A stretch of 64,000 nt of DNA from Candidatus Omnitrophota bacterium (GTDB taxonomy: Bacteria > Omnitrophota > Gorgyraeia > Gygaellales > Profunditerraquicolaceae): assembly GCA_016208765.1 (NCBI GenBank), contig JACQXK010000038.1, positions 14,955 to 78,954 of the forward strand, in the 5' to 3' direction. Below are positions 27,546 to 38,002 of this stretch, piece after piece. Within the stretch, counting starts at the first letter, position 1; each line of letters starts with the position of its first letter. The position numbers and the translations under genes are program-made. A model generated the notes under the pieces. That model was not told where the DNA came from, did no database searches, and saw nothing but the letters and a program-made list of their open reading frames with translations.

Positions 27546-30500
27546 TTAAAATTCTTCACGGGTTTCTCCTGAAGTTGAGAAAGTAACAGACTTATTTGTT
27601 TCAGTTGAGCTGCTTAAATCAGGATCATTGGATGGCTTTGCTTTAATATAATCCCACCTATAACCAACAGTGTCATCTCCCATTAAAGGCTTAACAAAAG
27701 CCTGCGGCATACCGTTAGCATTCCATGCCGGAGGCAGCATAATTGAAGCACGGCCTTCATAGGCAGCTCCAAGAGTAAGATCCTCAGGATTATCCTGCAC
27801 CAAAGTAATACCATTGCCCATATCCACCAGTTGGATCTTAAGTAATCCATCTCGTGCCTCTTCCAAGCTGATAATAGATTGTGCGGGATCCTGCCAGCGG
27901 CCCAATTCTTCACTAAGTTTCTTTATTTCTTCCTGCACTTCCTTTAATTTCTTTTCAGCTTCTTTTTTCTGCTGGCTATCATCACTCATCGCTTCCAAAC
28001 CTTTATTAATATTTTCTTCTTGTAGAACTAACTCTTCAACACTGCTTTTCTTATCCCTCAGATAATTTATGTCTTGAGTATAAATATTATATGCTGTGCG
28101 AATATTTGCCTCAATAGAATCTCTATTGTACGCTCCGTTACGGGGCAGGGTAAATGCCGGCGCCAACTGCAGATTATTTTCTGCCCGATAACCGGAAGTA
28201 ACGCCCCATTGCAATAACGGCGCATTTTCTTCGGTATTAAAACGGGTATACTTATAAACACCCGACTGCCAAACCACATTTGCCGGAGCGCTAAGCTGCC
28301 CTATCTGTTTCACATATTCAGTCCTCTCAAATAATTCTCCCGAGGTATGCTTATCTGCCTTGGCTCTTTCAGCATTGAACCTGTCAAACACAACGCGCTT
28401 TGTAAGCGGCAGATCTTTCTGCTCTTGGGCATCATCACCTTGGATAGCCTCAAACTGTTTAAAGTCAAATACAACACTCTGCGCAATTTGCCATATCTGG
28501 TCGGTTAAGCTGCTTGGAATTGCTGAATCAAATTGAGGTTTATTGCCACCGGCGTAAGCCGCATTCAATGCCTCTTCAAACATACGCTTCCCCTTGTCTC
28601 TTAAAAATGCTGCTTCTCTGCCTGTGTTTAAATACATATAAGGCTGCAGTGCCGGGCCTGAGCGGGTTTCAGAAAGGCGCCATGAGTAAGACGGATTTCC
28701 ATAAGGGCTGTGCCCTTGGCCGATAGAATAGAAGTTATAATTGTAGTCTGTATTTGCCCCGACGGAAACTGGAGCGTAGCCAGATGGCTGTATTTCAACT
28801 GTAGGAACAACTTCCGGCTTCTTAGGCTCCGGATCCCTCATCATTACCTCAAGGCTGCGCGGCAACCATATCACGCTGGCAGCAAGCATGTTAGCAACAT
28901 GGTGGCGAGGAGCTTTGTCTGGATCATAATCCTGGATAACCGCAGTTGTTGCAGCATCTCTTTTCATATTATTGCTCGGATAATCTGAATTGGATTGCAT
29001 ATTCCAATCTTCTAAGACAGTTGCCCAGCCAACAAATTTAACGGTAAATCTTTCTTTGTCTTTAGCAGACATTTCATTCCAAGCATCATGATTATTGGCA
29101 ATATACCACAAAAGCATTGTATTATGCGAAGTTGGCTTGTCGCTCTTAAACCCGCGTCCAACCCTTCCTTGTTTTTTATACCAACGCCTCACAATGCCAT
29201 CAAGTTCTTTCACCAAATCCGGATTATCAGCAAACAATTTCTCTGCATCCCGGTAAGAAACTTTCACCACTTCCACATCTTTGTTTTCAACTGCAGCTAT
29301 AAGCCTTTTTGTGGCCACAGCTTTAGCGGCCCTTTGCACCGGATCATCCCTGCTAAACAGCTGTTCCGTCGCTGTAGGCAGTTTTGGAAAACGAATAACT
29401 ACCCGAGCCTCAACAGGAACAGGGCTCTGCCCTTGAGGAGCAGCTGCTTGATCTTGCTTGCCAACTACGCTTTGCTCTTGCACATACTCCGGAGGAGTAA
29501 TCGCGGTGTAATCCGTTGTCCTGGTCAATGCAGAACCAAACGGGCCGTAATAATATTCGGTTGTCTTGGGCAATTGCACCAAATTCCAATTACCATTGGC
29601 AAAATCCTGGCCATCCTCACTAACAAAATCCTGCCCGAAATATTCTGTGCTTCTTGCCCTGCCCCATAAATCAACTCTGGTGCGCGATAAAAGGCTGGTA
29701 ACCGGCGAGAAAAATACCGGCCGCGCAGAAGAAAATTTGCGGATAATTTCTTTTTTATCTTCAAGTGACAAAGCCAATAATTTTTCTTTTTCGGCATTAA
29801 ATTCCTGCACTGCTTTTTCATCCTGAGCATCAGGCAATTGCATACGTTTTACAAATTTATCAAACTGCTCTTGCATAAACTGATCCTGAGTAACAAGGTC
29901 ACTCTTTTGAGCCTTAAGCATATCTTGTGTCAACGCCTGCATTACCGGCTGGGCGATAACAGAACGCCCATAGGTCAACTGATCCAGAGGCAATCCGCCG
30001 GCAACTGACAAAGAATAAGTGCTGTTTACTACTCCGTCGCCAATATTAGGTAAAGATAAATATTTACCCAAAATACCTCTTTCCTGCGGCTTAAGCATTG
30101 TTGAACTGCTGGCGCTAAAATGCCGCATAAATAATGCTTCATTAGTATTTAGGGATGCGTCCATACCTGCGGCCTCATCTCTGCGCTGGTAATGATAAAT
30201 ACCGCCGATTTGCCCATGGCCAAGGCTTGAATCATACACGGAATATTCCATTTGCCTTGCCTCTGCCATCTGCCTTGCCACAGGCAGAGCTTGCTGCATC
30301 CAATTATCTTCACCTTCTCCGCCTTTCTTGCTAAAGAAATAAACCGACTTATCTCTAAGCGCCCAACCTTGAGTAATTTCTGCAGTAGTAACAGGAGCAG
30401 AATCAGGTAACTTAGCGCTATACACAGGTGTTAACCCTTGTGCCGCAACCACCCACTGGAATATTTCCTGGCGCGGAATTGATAAATCTTGAAGTTGTCT

Positions 30501-33500
30501 ATTTATTTCTGGTAAAGGCGCTTTTATTGCATCCATTTCATCTCTCAATCCATTAATGCGTGTCTCCTGGATACTAACAAAATCCTTAACCTTACCTTCA
30601 AAAACACTGATTTCTTCTGCACCAAGCGCATCACGATTCATAGATTGTCCAGCAAGCTTATTAATATTTTCTACTTGCTCTTCTTCCCCAGCAAAAACAC
30701 CAAACTGAGCATTTGTGGCAACCACAAGCGAAATTGTATTAACATCCGGATTTAAACCTTGCTCTTTTGCCTTCTGCAAATCTTGATATGCTGCGTAAAT
30801 CGGATCTGCTTCCAGCTCTTTTTTCTTTTTCTCTTTTTTATTCACTTGCTCTGCAATTTCAGTTTTCTTTACTTCTAAGCCAACTATTTGCTCAGCTGTA
30901 TCAGGCTTATATCTCTTCGCAGTATCAATAAATCTTTCTGCCTGCTCTCTTAAGGCCTTTCTTCTTTGCGTTTCCTCTTTTACTAACTCGCTTGTAGGCT
31001 TAAAACTTGCGTAGGTGCGGGAAGAGCGAGGCAATATTGGATTTGTAAAAACAGCAGAAACAGATGAAGCCAGCCTTGAATTTGCCTGCTGGCTCAATGA
31101 TTCAAGCATTAATGCCCTATTAGCTTGTAACGGGCTGTAACCCTTTGCCCGCATTTTCATATATTCAATAAAACGATCCTGCTCATTAAATCTTGCCTGC
31201 AAACCATTCATTCCGTTAATCGGCGTCCTTAAATTAACCGGGAACAATGTGGCATTAACCGTTGACAGGAATAAATTATCCCCTATATTTTCCAAGGTAG
31301 CAGGAATAAACCTGCCCAACACATCACGCATGCTGAAATTAATTCTTCCTTTGCTGATTGGATCCTCGCCCAGAGAAGGCATTCTCCTGGTTTCTCCGGA
31401 GTAATCAAACCCAGCTATATTTAATCCATAAACAGTCCTGGTAATTTCGCGTGTGCGCACGCGGAAATCCTCCGGAGCAAGCTCTACTTCTTTTCTTTCT
31501 TTGGAAGATAAAACAATTATACCGGTTTCTTTCTTACCAACAACAACACCTTTCTCATTTACTACATCCATTATCTTACGGGTATCTTGTGCTACCGAAT
31601 ACACCGTAGTAGTATCTGCATCCAATTCAAATTCTCCGGTGGATTCACTTCTTGCTGTCCCGCCTTGCGCTCTTATCTGGCTGACTGAAGCATAATGCAC
31701 ATCGCCAGTGGCAGACTTTAAAGAAATAAGCGGATCAGCGGTATTTTCTGTCCAAAATTTAGTCCCGTTAATCTCATATCCGGGGAGAGTAATCATTTTT
31801 AATGGAGAACGCTGAGACGGGCCGGCAAAAATAAATTCACCTTCTCCTAAAATATTATACACATCAACTATCTCAGTTTTCTGAACCGATTTGTTAAATT
31901 CTTCTCCGCTCATCTCTAAAATATTGCCATCGGTAGAGATAAAAGTGTGTTCCGGAGAAGCATTGCCTTCTTGGTCAGTAGCTCTAATATAAGTCCGTCC
32001 ATCTCCGGCAAACCGATAGTATTCTACGCTCCGTCTTGGACCCGACTGGGCAATCGCAGCCCACTGCTCTGAAGAAACTTCTTTATTTTGTCCATCACCT
32101 AATGAATGCAAAATAACACCAGCTGGCTTAGCCTGCTGGCTAAATTTCTCCGGCGTCATAAAAGTCCTCTGGCCACCTGGAGTTGATGCTCCCAAAAGCA
32201 CTCCAGTAACTGTACTCACGCCCTTTAATGCCTGTCCACTGCCATATTGGACAACATTTGCGGATAAATCTTCCAACGACACTGAGATCTTCTTTTTAGT
32301 CGTTCCTTCGCTTTCCAATTCAACACTATTGCTATCCTGGCTATAGCCAACAATATGATAATATTGTATCTCACCTGAACCAGAACTAAGGCCTACTCGC
32401 ATAGGAGCATTATTTGATGCTGAAGTTTCTGATGATTTCTGCTGCAAACTTACCGCCAACTCTCTGCCGAAGTCATTTTGAAATTCATCCATTGTCTTAA
32501 GTTTTTCACTGCCGGCAACTATGATCGGCTGTTGATCACTTTTTTTCTCGTCTTTGTTTTCTTCCGGTTTATTCGCCACAAAATCAACAACCATTATATT
32601 TCCAGTAGCTATTACTTGGCTGATATTACCATCTCTGACATAAACCTGAATATCTGTTTTCTTTGCTCCTTGCTTTTCTTTTACCTCATCCAATGTTTCA
32701 GAAGAAAAATCTATATACTGGCCATCGGGGGCATGAGCCCTTGTTATATCTTTTGCCGGTGCGCGCAAGACCAAAGCATCAACCACTGAACCAGCCACTA
32801 CACCACTGGCAAGATGTAATAATTCCTGCAATGCCTGCGGTTGGCGAATTTCATTCACCCGGCAATACTGCCCCCAGGCAATTTGCAAGCCGGCATCCAC
32901 AGCATTATCAATTAGCGACTTTGCTATATATTTAGAAAGAGATAAACTTCCTCTTGTTCGCCAATAATTATCCTGGACTTTATTACCTGTTTTATCATCT
33001 GTCCAAGTCGTTCCGGAATACCATGTGTTTAAAACATCTATATTAGAAAACACACCGCTAGAAAAACCGGCAATTGCTCCAGCACCTACGCGCTTAACCA
33101 AATTATCAAAAATCTTATCATCATCGTCGCCGTAATGAGTCTTATACCCCATTGCTGATAAGACTGCAAGCTTAACCCCCAAATTAACAAAGGGTGCCAG
33201 CCCCATATTCTGCACCGCCTTAAAAGACTGATTCAATATGCCAAAATCACTCATTGTGTTTCCTTGCACATCAGTCATCAATCCACCGGTTGCATTTAAC
33301 AAAGCAGCTGTGTTAACATGCGCTTGTGTTAATAAATTCAACGTACTCAGTTGTGCCTGAGCAAGCTCTCTTCCTGAAACCTGGAGCAAAACATTTTCCT
33401 TTTCACCTGTTGGAATAATAAGAATTACTTTTTCGGCAGATTGTAAAATACCAGCGAGCGCTTTATTTTGCGCAACATCAGAAAGGGCGATACTCCCAGC

Positions 33501-35045
33501 ATTATCTATGGACGCTGTTGCCCCATTTAACTGCGCAGCTGTAAAAGAATATTCTTTACCGCTAATATCTCTGATAGACACCGCAGCCTGCTGCGCCTGA
33601 TTAACCGCATTTAACATAATAGCATCTGCCTGATCCAACGCTCCACCTACTGCACTTAAGCTATACCCTCCCACATACTGCATTAACGACCTATAAACAG
33701 AACCCTTGTTCATATCAATATCAAGCGTATATGTGTCTTCACCAATTTTTAAAACTAGCGCCTTCTGCAACTCTCCAATTTCTCCCGTATTAATTCCTTC
33801 CTGCAATGATGTACCTTTAGTAGTTTTGCCTTGAGATAATTCCTGGATACTAATTTCTACAGTTTCAACCTTACCGTCTTTTGTTTGCCGCGTAACTTTA
33901 ACTTTGTCATTTGACGTAGCCTGATCAGAAACTGCATCTAATGCAGAAAATGCCAAGTTTGAAACAAATTGGTTTACAAAAATCCCGGAAACGCTGGCTC
34001 CAAACTGCGACACTAAATCAGCCAGCAACTCATCCCACCCGGCTTCTTCAAGCTTATCCTTTATTCCCTGCTGTGTCCAAAGCTTAAATGTGCCGACAAT
34101 CATATCGCTTGCCAAATGCACCAATGGCTTCTTTACAGATAATTCAATCCCATATTGAAAATAAGGGCTGCGCATACCGTAGCTTGGTGAGAACTTTTGC
34201 AGCAAAGCTTCAATCTTACCCATAACAACATCAAAGGTAGATAAATTACCTAACACACCCTTAATAATATTTTCTTTAATGAGCGCTAAACTTTCTTCAG
34301 TAACCTGCGCTGTTATCTCTTTTGGAAGAATTTTTACTGCCTCACTTGCTGCCTTTTCCAATGCCTCTGCTGTAGGCTTTCCGCCTGCCTTGGCTACACT
34401 GGCTACTGCCGTTACCACAGCATTTTTTATTGCAGCCTCACAAACAGAGCTTATTACTTCCTCAACTATCTGATCCACGCCTTCTTTGCCAAGCGTTTTC
34501 AATACTTCTTGAGGCAACTGTTCAATTGCTTCCCTTGCAGCGCTCTCCATCATTGCCAGCGAGGCTCCTTTTGGCAATTCTTCTATTGCCTTTTTAGCAG
34601 CGCTTTTAGCTGTTTCCTTTGCCATTTCTTTTGCTGACTGCGCCACGCCGGCACCATAAGCCACGCCTACAGAAACTACCATACCGGCAACCATAGAATA
34701 AAACTGCCCCTTAGTAACCGTAACCCCAGCCACCTCAAACATCGGCTTTGCATACTGATTATAATTGTAATAGTAAAGCGCGTAACCAGTTACATCAGAA
34801 GCAGCAGAGCCCGCCGCTGCTGCAGCAGCTCCCCATGGGCCCAGAGCGTAAGCTCCCAAAAGTATTCCCGCATCAGTTACTGCACCTGCCAAAGCGCCTC
34901 CGGCAAAAGACTCCAGAGAAGTAGTGTTGCCATAATTGCCTTCTCTTGCCCAAGCCGGAGAAAGGCTGCTAAATAGAAAAACACCCGCCAGAATTAAGTA
35001 TGGGATTTTAAATCTTTTTAGGTTAGAGAAAAAGTTACTTTTCAT
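27546..35045 (-). CDS. Large secreted/membrane hypothetical protein (giant protein 2, ~2499 aa)
   Basis: Long ORF in the track; the ATG at 35045 is preferred over the TTG at 35060. It has a signal peptide (ILAGVFLFSSLSPAWA), Gly/Ala-rich hydrophobic helices and coiled-coil stretches. I recognise no family. Confidence 0.9.
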   Translation of the reverse strand: MKSNFFSNLKRFKIPYLILAGVFLFSSLSPAWAREGNYGNTTSLESFAGGALAGAVTDAGILLGAYALGPWGAAAAAAGSAASDVTGYALYYYNYNQYAKPMFEVAGVTVTKGQFYSMVAGMVVSVGVAYGAGVAQSAKEMAKETAKSAAKKAIEELPKGASLAMMESAAREAIEQLPQEVLKTLGKEGVDQIVEEVISSVCEAAIKNAVVTAVASVAKAGGKPTAEALEKAASEAVKILPKEITAQVTEESLALIKENIIKGVLGNLSTFDVVMGKIEALLQKFSPSYGMRSPYFQYGIELSVKKPLVHLASDMIVGTFKLWTQQGIKDKLEEAGWDELLADLVSQFGASVSGIFVNQFVSNLAFSALDAVSDQATSNDKVKVTRQTKDGKVETVEISIQELSQGKTTKGTSLQEGINTGEIGELQKALVLKIGEDTYTLDIDMNKGSVYRSLMQYVGGYSLSAVGGALDQADAIMLNAVNQAQQAAVSIRDISGKEYSFTAAQLNGATASIDNAGSIALSDVAQNKALAGILQSAEKVILIIPTGEKENVLLQVSGRELAQAQLSTLNLLTQAHVNTAALLNATGGLMTDVQGNTMSDFGILNQSFKAVQNMGLAPFVNLGVKLAVLSAMGYKTHYGDDDDKIFDNLVKRVGAGAIAGFSSGVFSNIDVLNTWYSGTTWTDDKTGNKVQDNYWRTRGSLSLSKYIAKSLIDNAVDAGLQIAWGQYCRVNEIRQPQALQELLHLASGVVAGSVVDALVLRAPAKDITRAHAPDGQYIDFSSETLDEVKEKQGAKKTDIQVYVRDGNISQVIATGNIMVVDFVANKPEENKDEKKSDQQPIIVAGSEKLKTMDEFQNDFGRELAVSLQQKSSETSASNNAPMRVGLSSGSGEIQYYHIVGYSQDSNSVELESEGTTKKKISVSLEDLSANVVQYGSGQALKGVSTVTGVLLGASTPGGQRTFMTPEKFSQQAKPAGVILHSLGDGQNKEVSSEQWAAIAQSGPRRSVEYYRFAGDGRTYIRATDQEGNASPEHTFISTDGNILEMSGEEFNKSVQKTEIVDVYNILGEGEFIFAGPSQRSPLKMITLPGYEINGTKFWTENTADPLISLKSATGDVHYASVSQIRAQGGTARSESTGEFELDADTTTVYSVAQDTRKIMDVVNEKGVVVGKKETGIIVLSSKERKEVELAPEDFRVRTREITRTVYGLNIAGFDYSGETRRMPSLGEDPISKGRINFSMRDVLGRFIPATLENIGDNLFLSTVNATLFPVNLRTPINGMNGLQARFNEQDRFIEYMKMRAKGYSPLQANRALMLESLSQQANSRLASSVSAVFTNPILPRSSRTYASFKPTSELVKEETQRRKALREQAERFIDTAKRYKPDTAEQIVGLEVKKTEIAEQVNKKEKKKKELEADPIYAAYQDLQKAKEQGLNPDVNTISLVVATNAQFGVFAGEEEQVENINKLAGQSMNRDALGAEEISVFEGKVKDFVSIQETRINGLRDEMDAIKAPLPEINRQLQDLSIPRQEIFQWVVAAQGLTPVYSAKLPDSAPVTTAEITQGWALRDKSVYFFSKKGGEGEDNWMQQALPVARQMAEARQMEYSVYDSSLGHGQIGGIYHYQRRDEAAGMDASLNTNEALFMRHFSASSSTMLKPQERGILGKYLSLPNIGDGVVNSTYSLSVAGGLPLDQLTYGRSVIAQPVMQALTQDMLKAQKSDLVTQDQFMQEQFDKFVKRMQLPDAQDEKAVQEFNAEKEKLLALSLEDKKEIIRKFSSARPVFFSPVTSLLSRTRVDLWGRARSTEYFGQDFVSEDGQDFANGNWNLVQLPKTTEYYYGPFGSALTRTTDYTAITPPEYVQEQSVVGKQDQAAAPQGQSPVPVEARVVIRFPKLPTATEQLFSRDDPVQRAAKAVATKRLIAAVENKDVEVVKVSYRDAEKLFADNPDLVKELDGIVRRWYKKQGRVGRGFKSDKPTSHNTMLLWYIANNHDAWNEMSAKDKERFTVKFVGWATVLEDWNMQSNSDYPSNNMKRDAATTAVIQDYDPDKAPRHHVANMLAASVIWLPRSLEVMMRDPEPKKPEVVPTVEIQPSGYAPVSVGANTDYNYNFYSIGQGHSPYGNPSYSWRLSETRSGPALQPYMYLNTGREAAFLRDKGKRMFEEALNAAYAGGNKPQFDSAIPSSLTDQIWQIAQSVVFDFKQFEAIQGDDAQEQKDLPLTKRVVFDRFNAERAKADKHTSGELFERTEYVKQIGQLSAPANVVWQSGVYKYTRFNTEENAPLLQWGVTSGYRAENNLQLAPAFTLPRNGAYNRDSIEANIRTAYNIYTQDINYLRDKKSSVEELVLQEENINKGLEAMSDDSQQKKEAEKKLKEVQEEIKKLSEELGRWQDPAQSIISLEEARDGLLKIQLVDMGNGITLVQDNPEDLTLGAAYEGRASIMLPPAWNANGMPQAFVKPLMGDDTVGYRWDYIKAKPSNDPDLSSSTETNKSVTFSTSGETREEF

Positions 35046-35090
35046 ATTTTTAAGTGGCAAATACTTTTTGAAACTGTTTAGGATTTAAGC

Positions 35091-35276
35091 AAAAATAAAA
35101 CCGAGCTGCCTTTATTCAAACTCGGCAACCCGGCTACCCAAAAAATGATTCCAAATAAACTCGGTAAACTACATTTCTCCGAGGGGCCCGTGGCTTTGTG
35201 CCCCCTGATTACTCATCCCGCTCAATAATCTTTTTAACGGGATCCCGCTTTGCGGGAGGGTTTACTCTTATCGAAC
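35091..35276 (-). ncRNA. GEMM-I riboswitch, A20 variant, with enlarged P2 and an overlapping terminator
   Basis: GATAAGAGTAAACC...GGGGCACAAAGCCACGGGCCC...GGGTAGCCGGGTTGCCG, followed by GGCAGCTCGG-TTTTATTTTT. Confidence 0.85.
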
Positions 35277-35302
35277 TGACCTTTATTATTTACTACAATG
35301 CA

Positions 35303-35331
35303 AGTATAGCATTCATATATATATATTTCAA
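35303..35331 (-). promoter_or_regulatory. sigma70 promoter for giant gene 2 with an (AT)6 tract in the spacer
   Basis: TTGAAA-17 nt-TATACT, with ATATATATATAT at 35315-35326. Confidence 0.75.
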
Positions 35332-35419
35332 GGGTGTTTTTAACTCTTTTTGAAAACGCTTTCTTATGCATTAAGATTCTTCAGCCCCTTCGCGGTGAGG
35401 CATTCAACACTTTTCTATT

Positions 35420-35577
35420 GTCATGCCCGCGGACGCCAGCGACCTTGCCGCTAGGCAGACGGGCATCCAGGCGTTCCAACGGCTGGATTCCCGCTTTCGC
35501 GGGAATGACACGAGCGCCAAGGAAGACCAACCAAATGAATACGTCATCCTAAAGGAGCGCAAGCGACTGAAGGATCT
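35420..35577. repeat. REP/dRS3-like element (35420-35509) plus a GTCATCCT-family element (35543-35577)
   Basis: Near-identical to 27328-27417, and followed by a relative of 27427-27459. Confidence 0.85.
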
Positions 35578-35585
35578 AAGATACC

Positions 35586-35623
35586 CAGATTGGACATTAT
35601 CACAGCTATTAATGTCCAATCTG
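35586..35623. promoter_or_regulatory. Perfect 14 bp inverted repeat (operator or terminator-like)
   Basis: CAGATTGGACATTA-10 nt-TAATGTCCAATCTG lies directly after the stop of the last gene of the tad cluster. Confidence 0.6.
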
Positions 35624-35628
35624 ACAGA

Positions 35629-36135
35629 TTATTTAGCTCTAAAACTGGTGATTATTTTATTAAAGATAGGCTCATATTTCTTATCCTTACCTACCTCATA
35701 AGCATAGGTTAAGACATAAAAATACTTTCCCTTGCGGAAAACAACGCTGGTCATTCTTAAAGTAAATTCTTTTATCTTGGTGACAAATGAAAATTTCTTA
35801 CCTGGCAAAAAACCTGCGAATGCGCTTCCTTCCTGTTGATCATACGCTCCCGGCAAATTGCGTAAAAGTTCTTCACGATTTAACTCGTAAAATGTCCCCA
35901 AAGAAACCTGTTCCGGCAATTCTGTTACTACCACGTTAATATTTTCCGGATACACATCCCCTTTACCTTCAAGCGGCGCCTTGGCAATCAAAGCCACCTT
36001 ATCCATTCCTTCTTTACTCCAGGAATTTGGCAGTAGTAAAGAAAATTTATATTCTTCATTACTATATTTCTGCCAGAATAAATTACACCCTGCCAGAAAA
36101 AATGTGATCAAAAATATAATAAATAACTTACGCAT
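35629..36135 (-). CDS. Lipoprotein, PsbP/DcrB-like
   Basis: MRKLFIIFLITFFLAGC lipobox, then FSLLLPNSW, ENINVV and YVLTY...YEPIFNKIITSF. The start was shortened because the track's extension lies in a REP element. Confidence 0.7.
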   Translation of the reverse strand: MRKLFIIFLITFFLAGCNLFWQKYSNEEYKFSLLLPNSWSKEGMDKVALIAKAPLEGKGDVYPENINVVVTELPEQVSLGTFYELNREELLRNLPGAYDQQEGSAFAGFLPGKKFSFVTKIKEFTLRMTSVVFRKGKYFYVLTYAYEVGKDKKYEPIFNKIITSFRAK

Positions 36136-36146
36136 AGTATTGCGTC

Positions 36147-36180
36147 GTCCCCGCGCAAGCGGGGATCCAGGCATAATGAC
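36147..36180. repeat. Short REP/dRS3-like element
   Basis: GTCCCCGCGCAAGCGGGGATCCAG...ATGAC. Confidence 0.65.
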
Positions 36181-36186
36181 ATTTGT

Positions 36187-37074
36187 TTAGAACGCCCCCT
36201 TGGGAATTAATTCCCCCTCGGTAAATTTAATAATGATCGGCCCGGCAACCACAATCATAACCGCCGGCAAAATACAAAAAATCAAAGGAAAAAGTATTTT
36301 TAGGGATGCCTTGATTGCGTATCTTTCACCAGCCTCAAAACGCATAGTGCGCGTATCTTCAGAAAGGTTCTTAAATGTTTCCTCAATGGGAGTACCCATT
36401 CTTTCAGACTGCACTACCGAGCGCACAAAACTATTTACCTCGGGGATATTTAATCTTCTTGCCATATCCTTTAATGCCTCAGCGCGGGTTTTACCCACCT
36501 GGACCTCGCTTAACACCACGCCAAGCTGTTCAATAAAGGGATTATATTTACTTTTCTCAACCACCCATTTTATAGCCGAGAGAAAATCAGCTCCGGCGCT
36601 CACACACATATCCAAAAGGTCAATCGTCTCCGGGAAAATACGCACAATATCCTGTTTTTTCTTTTTGAATTTATTAAGCATGATCGCATCCGGCACAAAA
36701 AAACCAAAGAAAACCCCCAATAAGCCGTACAACACAGAAATAAACGTAGTGGCAATAACACCGCAAAGGATCGCTAATGCCAATTTAAAAAAAACTAATG
36801 CATACACGTTCATATCAATACGCAAAACCTCAGACTGCTGTTTTAATTTTTTAATGTACTGCAGATGAGAAAGCGGCTCAATAATAAAGTTAAGCGGCTT
36901 TAAGAAATTATCAAGCGAACCAGCCATGCTAAACGGCTTCTTCATGGCAGCTGCCATAGAATTCGGCTCGGTAATAAAATATGTGCGGCGCCTGCCCATA
37001 CCGGAAACAATGGATATAAGCAGGTAAAAAACTATAGCCAAAACCATAAAAATCACCACTAAATATATTGTCAT
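36187..37074 (-). CDS. tadC: Tad inner-membrane platform protein TadC (T2SS F family)
   Basis: FPETIDLLDMCVSAG, GKTRAEALKDMARR, QSERMGTPI and KILFPLIFCILPA. Confidence 0.9.
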   Translation of the reverse strand: MTIYLVVIFMVLAIVFYLLISIVSGMGRRRTYFITEPNSMAAAMKKPFSMAGSLDNFLKPLNFIIEPLSHLQYIKKLKQQSEVLRIDMNVYALVFFKLALAILCGVIATTFISVLYGLLGVFFGFFVPDAIMLNKFKKKKQDIVRIFPETIDLLDMCVSAGADFLSAIKWVVEKSKYNPFIEQLGVVLSEVQVGKTRAEALKDMARRLNIPEVNSFVRSVVQSERMGTPIEETFKNLSEDTRTMRFEAGERYAIKASLKILFPLIFCILPAVMIVVAGPIIIKFTEGELIPKGAF

Positions 37075-37135
37075 ATCCTTCTTTCTATTGATCCTTAAGT
37101 CGGCCGAAGGCCTCCTTCAGATGACGGTAGCGCAA

Positions 37136-37993
37136 CTACATCTTAATCGTACTGATCTTTTTAATTAAGAACATTCCCACTATCTGCAGCCCAACCGCAG
37201 TCATCAAAAGTTTTTTCCCGGTTACAGTAGAAAGCATCACGTCAAAATGCTCAGGATTCTGCCGGTAAATAATGTAAGTAAAGACAAATGGCAAGAACAT
37301 CATGATTATACCCTGAAGCTTTCCCTGCAGCGTAAGGGTAGCGATTTTTTCCTTTAATTTAATATTGCTGCGGATAGTATCCACCAAGCGCGCTAAAACA
37401 TGAGGCAATTCTCCTCCTGATTCGCGAGCGATCAAAATTGAGGTTACCAGAAGATTGACTTCGTCTATCGGGACCCTCTCCCTGAGATTTTTTAAAGATT
37501 CCTCAAGGCTGACGCCGAGGCGGTTTTCTTTAAGGATCAGGTTAAATTCCTGCGAAACAGGCGCGGGCATTTCTTCGCACAATACTTCAATTGCCTGCAC
37601 AAAGCTTAATCCTGCGCGGATAGACGAGGAAAGTATGCGCAGGGTATCAATGAGTTGGCCGCGGAATTTCTTCAGTCGCTGTGCGCGGGCGATCCTTAAA
37701 ATTACCTGCGGAGCAATCAACCCTGCGACAAACCCTGCGGAAAGCACAATGGGGTTCCTGGCAATCAAAACAAAGGCAGCCCCGGCAAAAACCAAAGGCA
37801 GGAAAGAAATCAGGAAAATCTTGCGCTTCTCCCAAAAAAGAAATGATTCTTCAAGCTGGGCGGAGAATTGCTGGGTCCTGCGCTCATGCATTTTTTGGTA
37901 AAAGTCAAGCAGCATCGGGACGATGCTTTCAGATATAATATATGTGATGATAAAAACAGCGAAGAAAATAAACAGAAAAAGAAAAATTTCCAT
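37136..37993 (-). CDS. tadB: Tad inner-membrane platform protein TadB
   Basis: LSSSIRAGLSFVQA, PVSQEF, LGVSLEESL, ESGGEL and LTLQGKLQ. Confidence 0.9.
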   Translation of the reverse strand: MEIFLFLFIFFAVFIITYIISESIVPMLLDFYQKMHERRTQQFSAQLEESFLFWEKRKIFLISFLPLVFAGAAFVLIARNPIVLSAGFVAGLIAPQVILRIARAQRLKKFRGQLIDTLRILSSSIRAGLSFVQAIEVLCEEMPAPVSQEFNLILKENRLGVSLEESLKNLRERVPIDEVNLLVTSILIARESGGELPHVLARLVDTIRSNIKLKEKIATLTLQGKLQGIIMMFLPFVFTYIIYRQNPEHFDVMLSTVTGKKLLMTAVGLQIVGMFLIKKISTIKM

Positions 37994-38002
37994 AACTATA
38001 GT

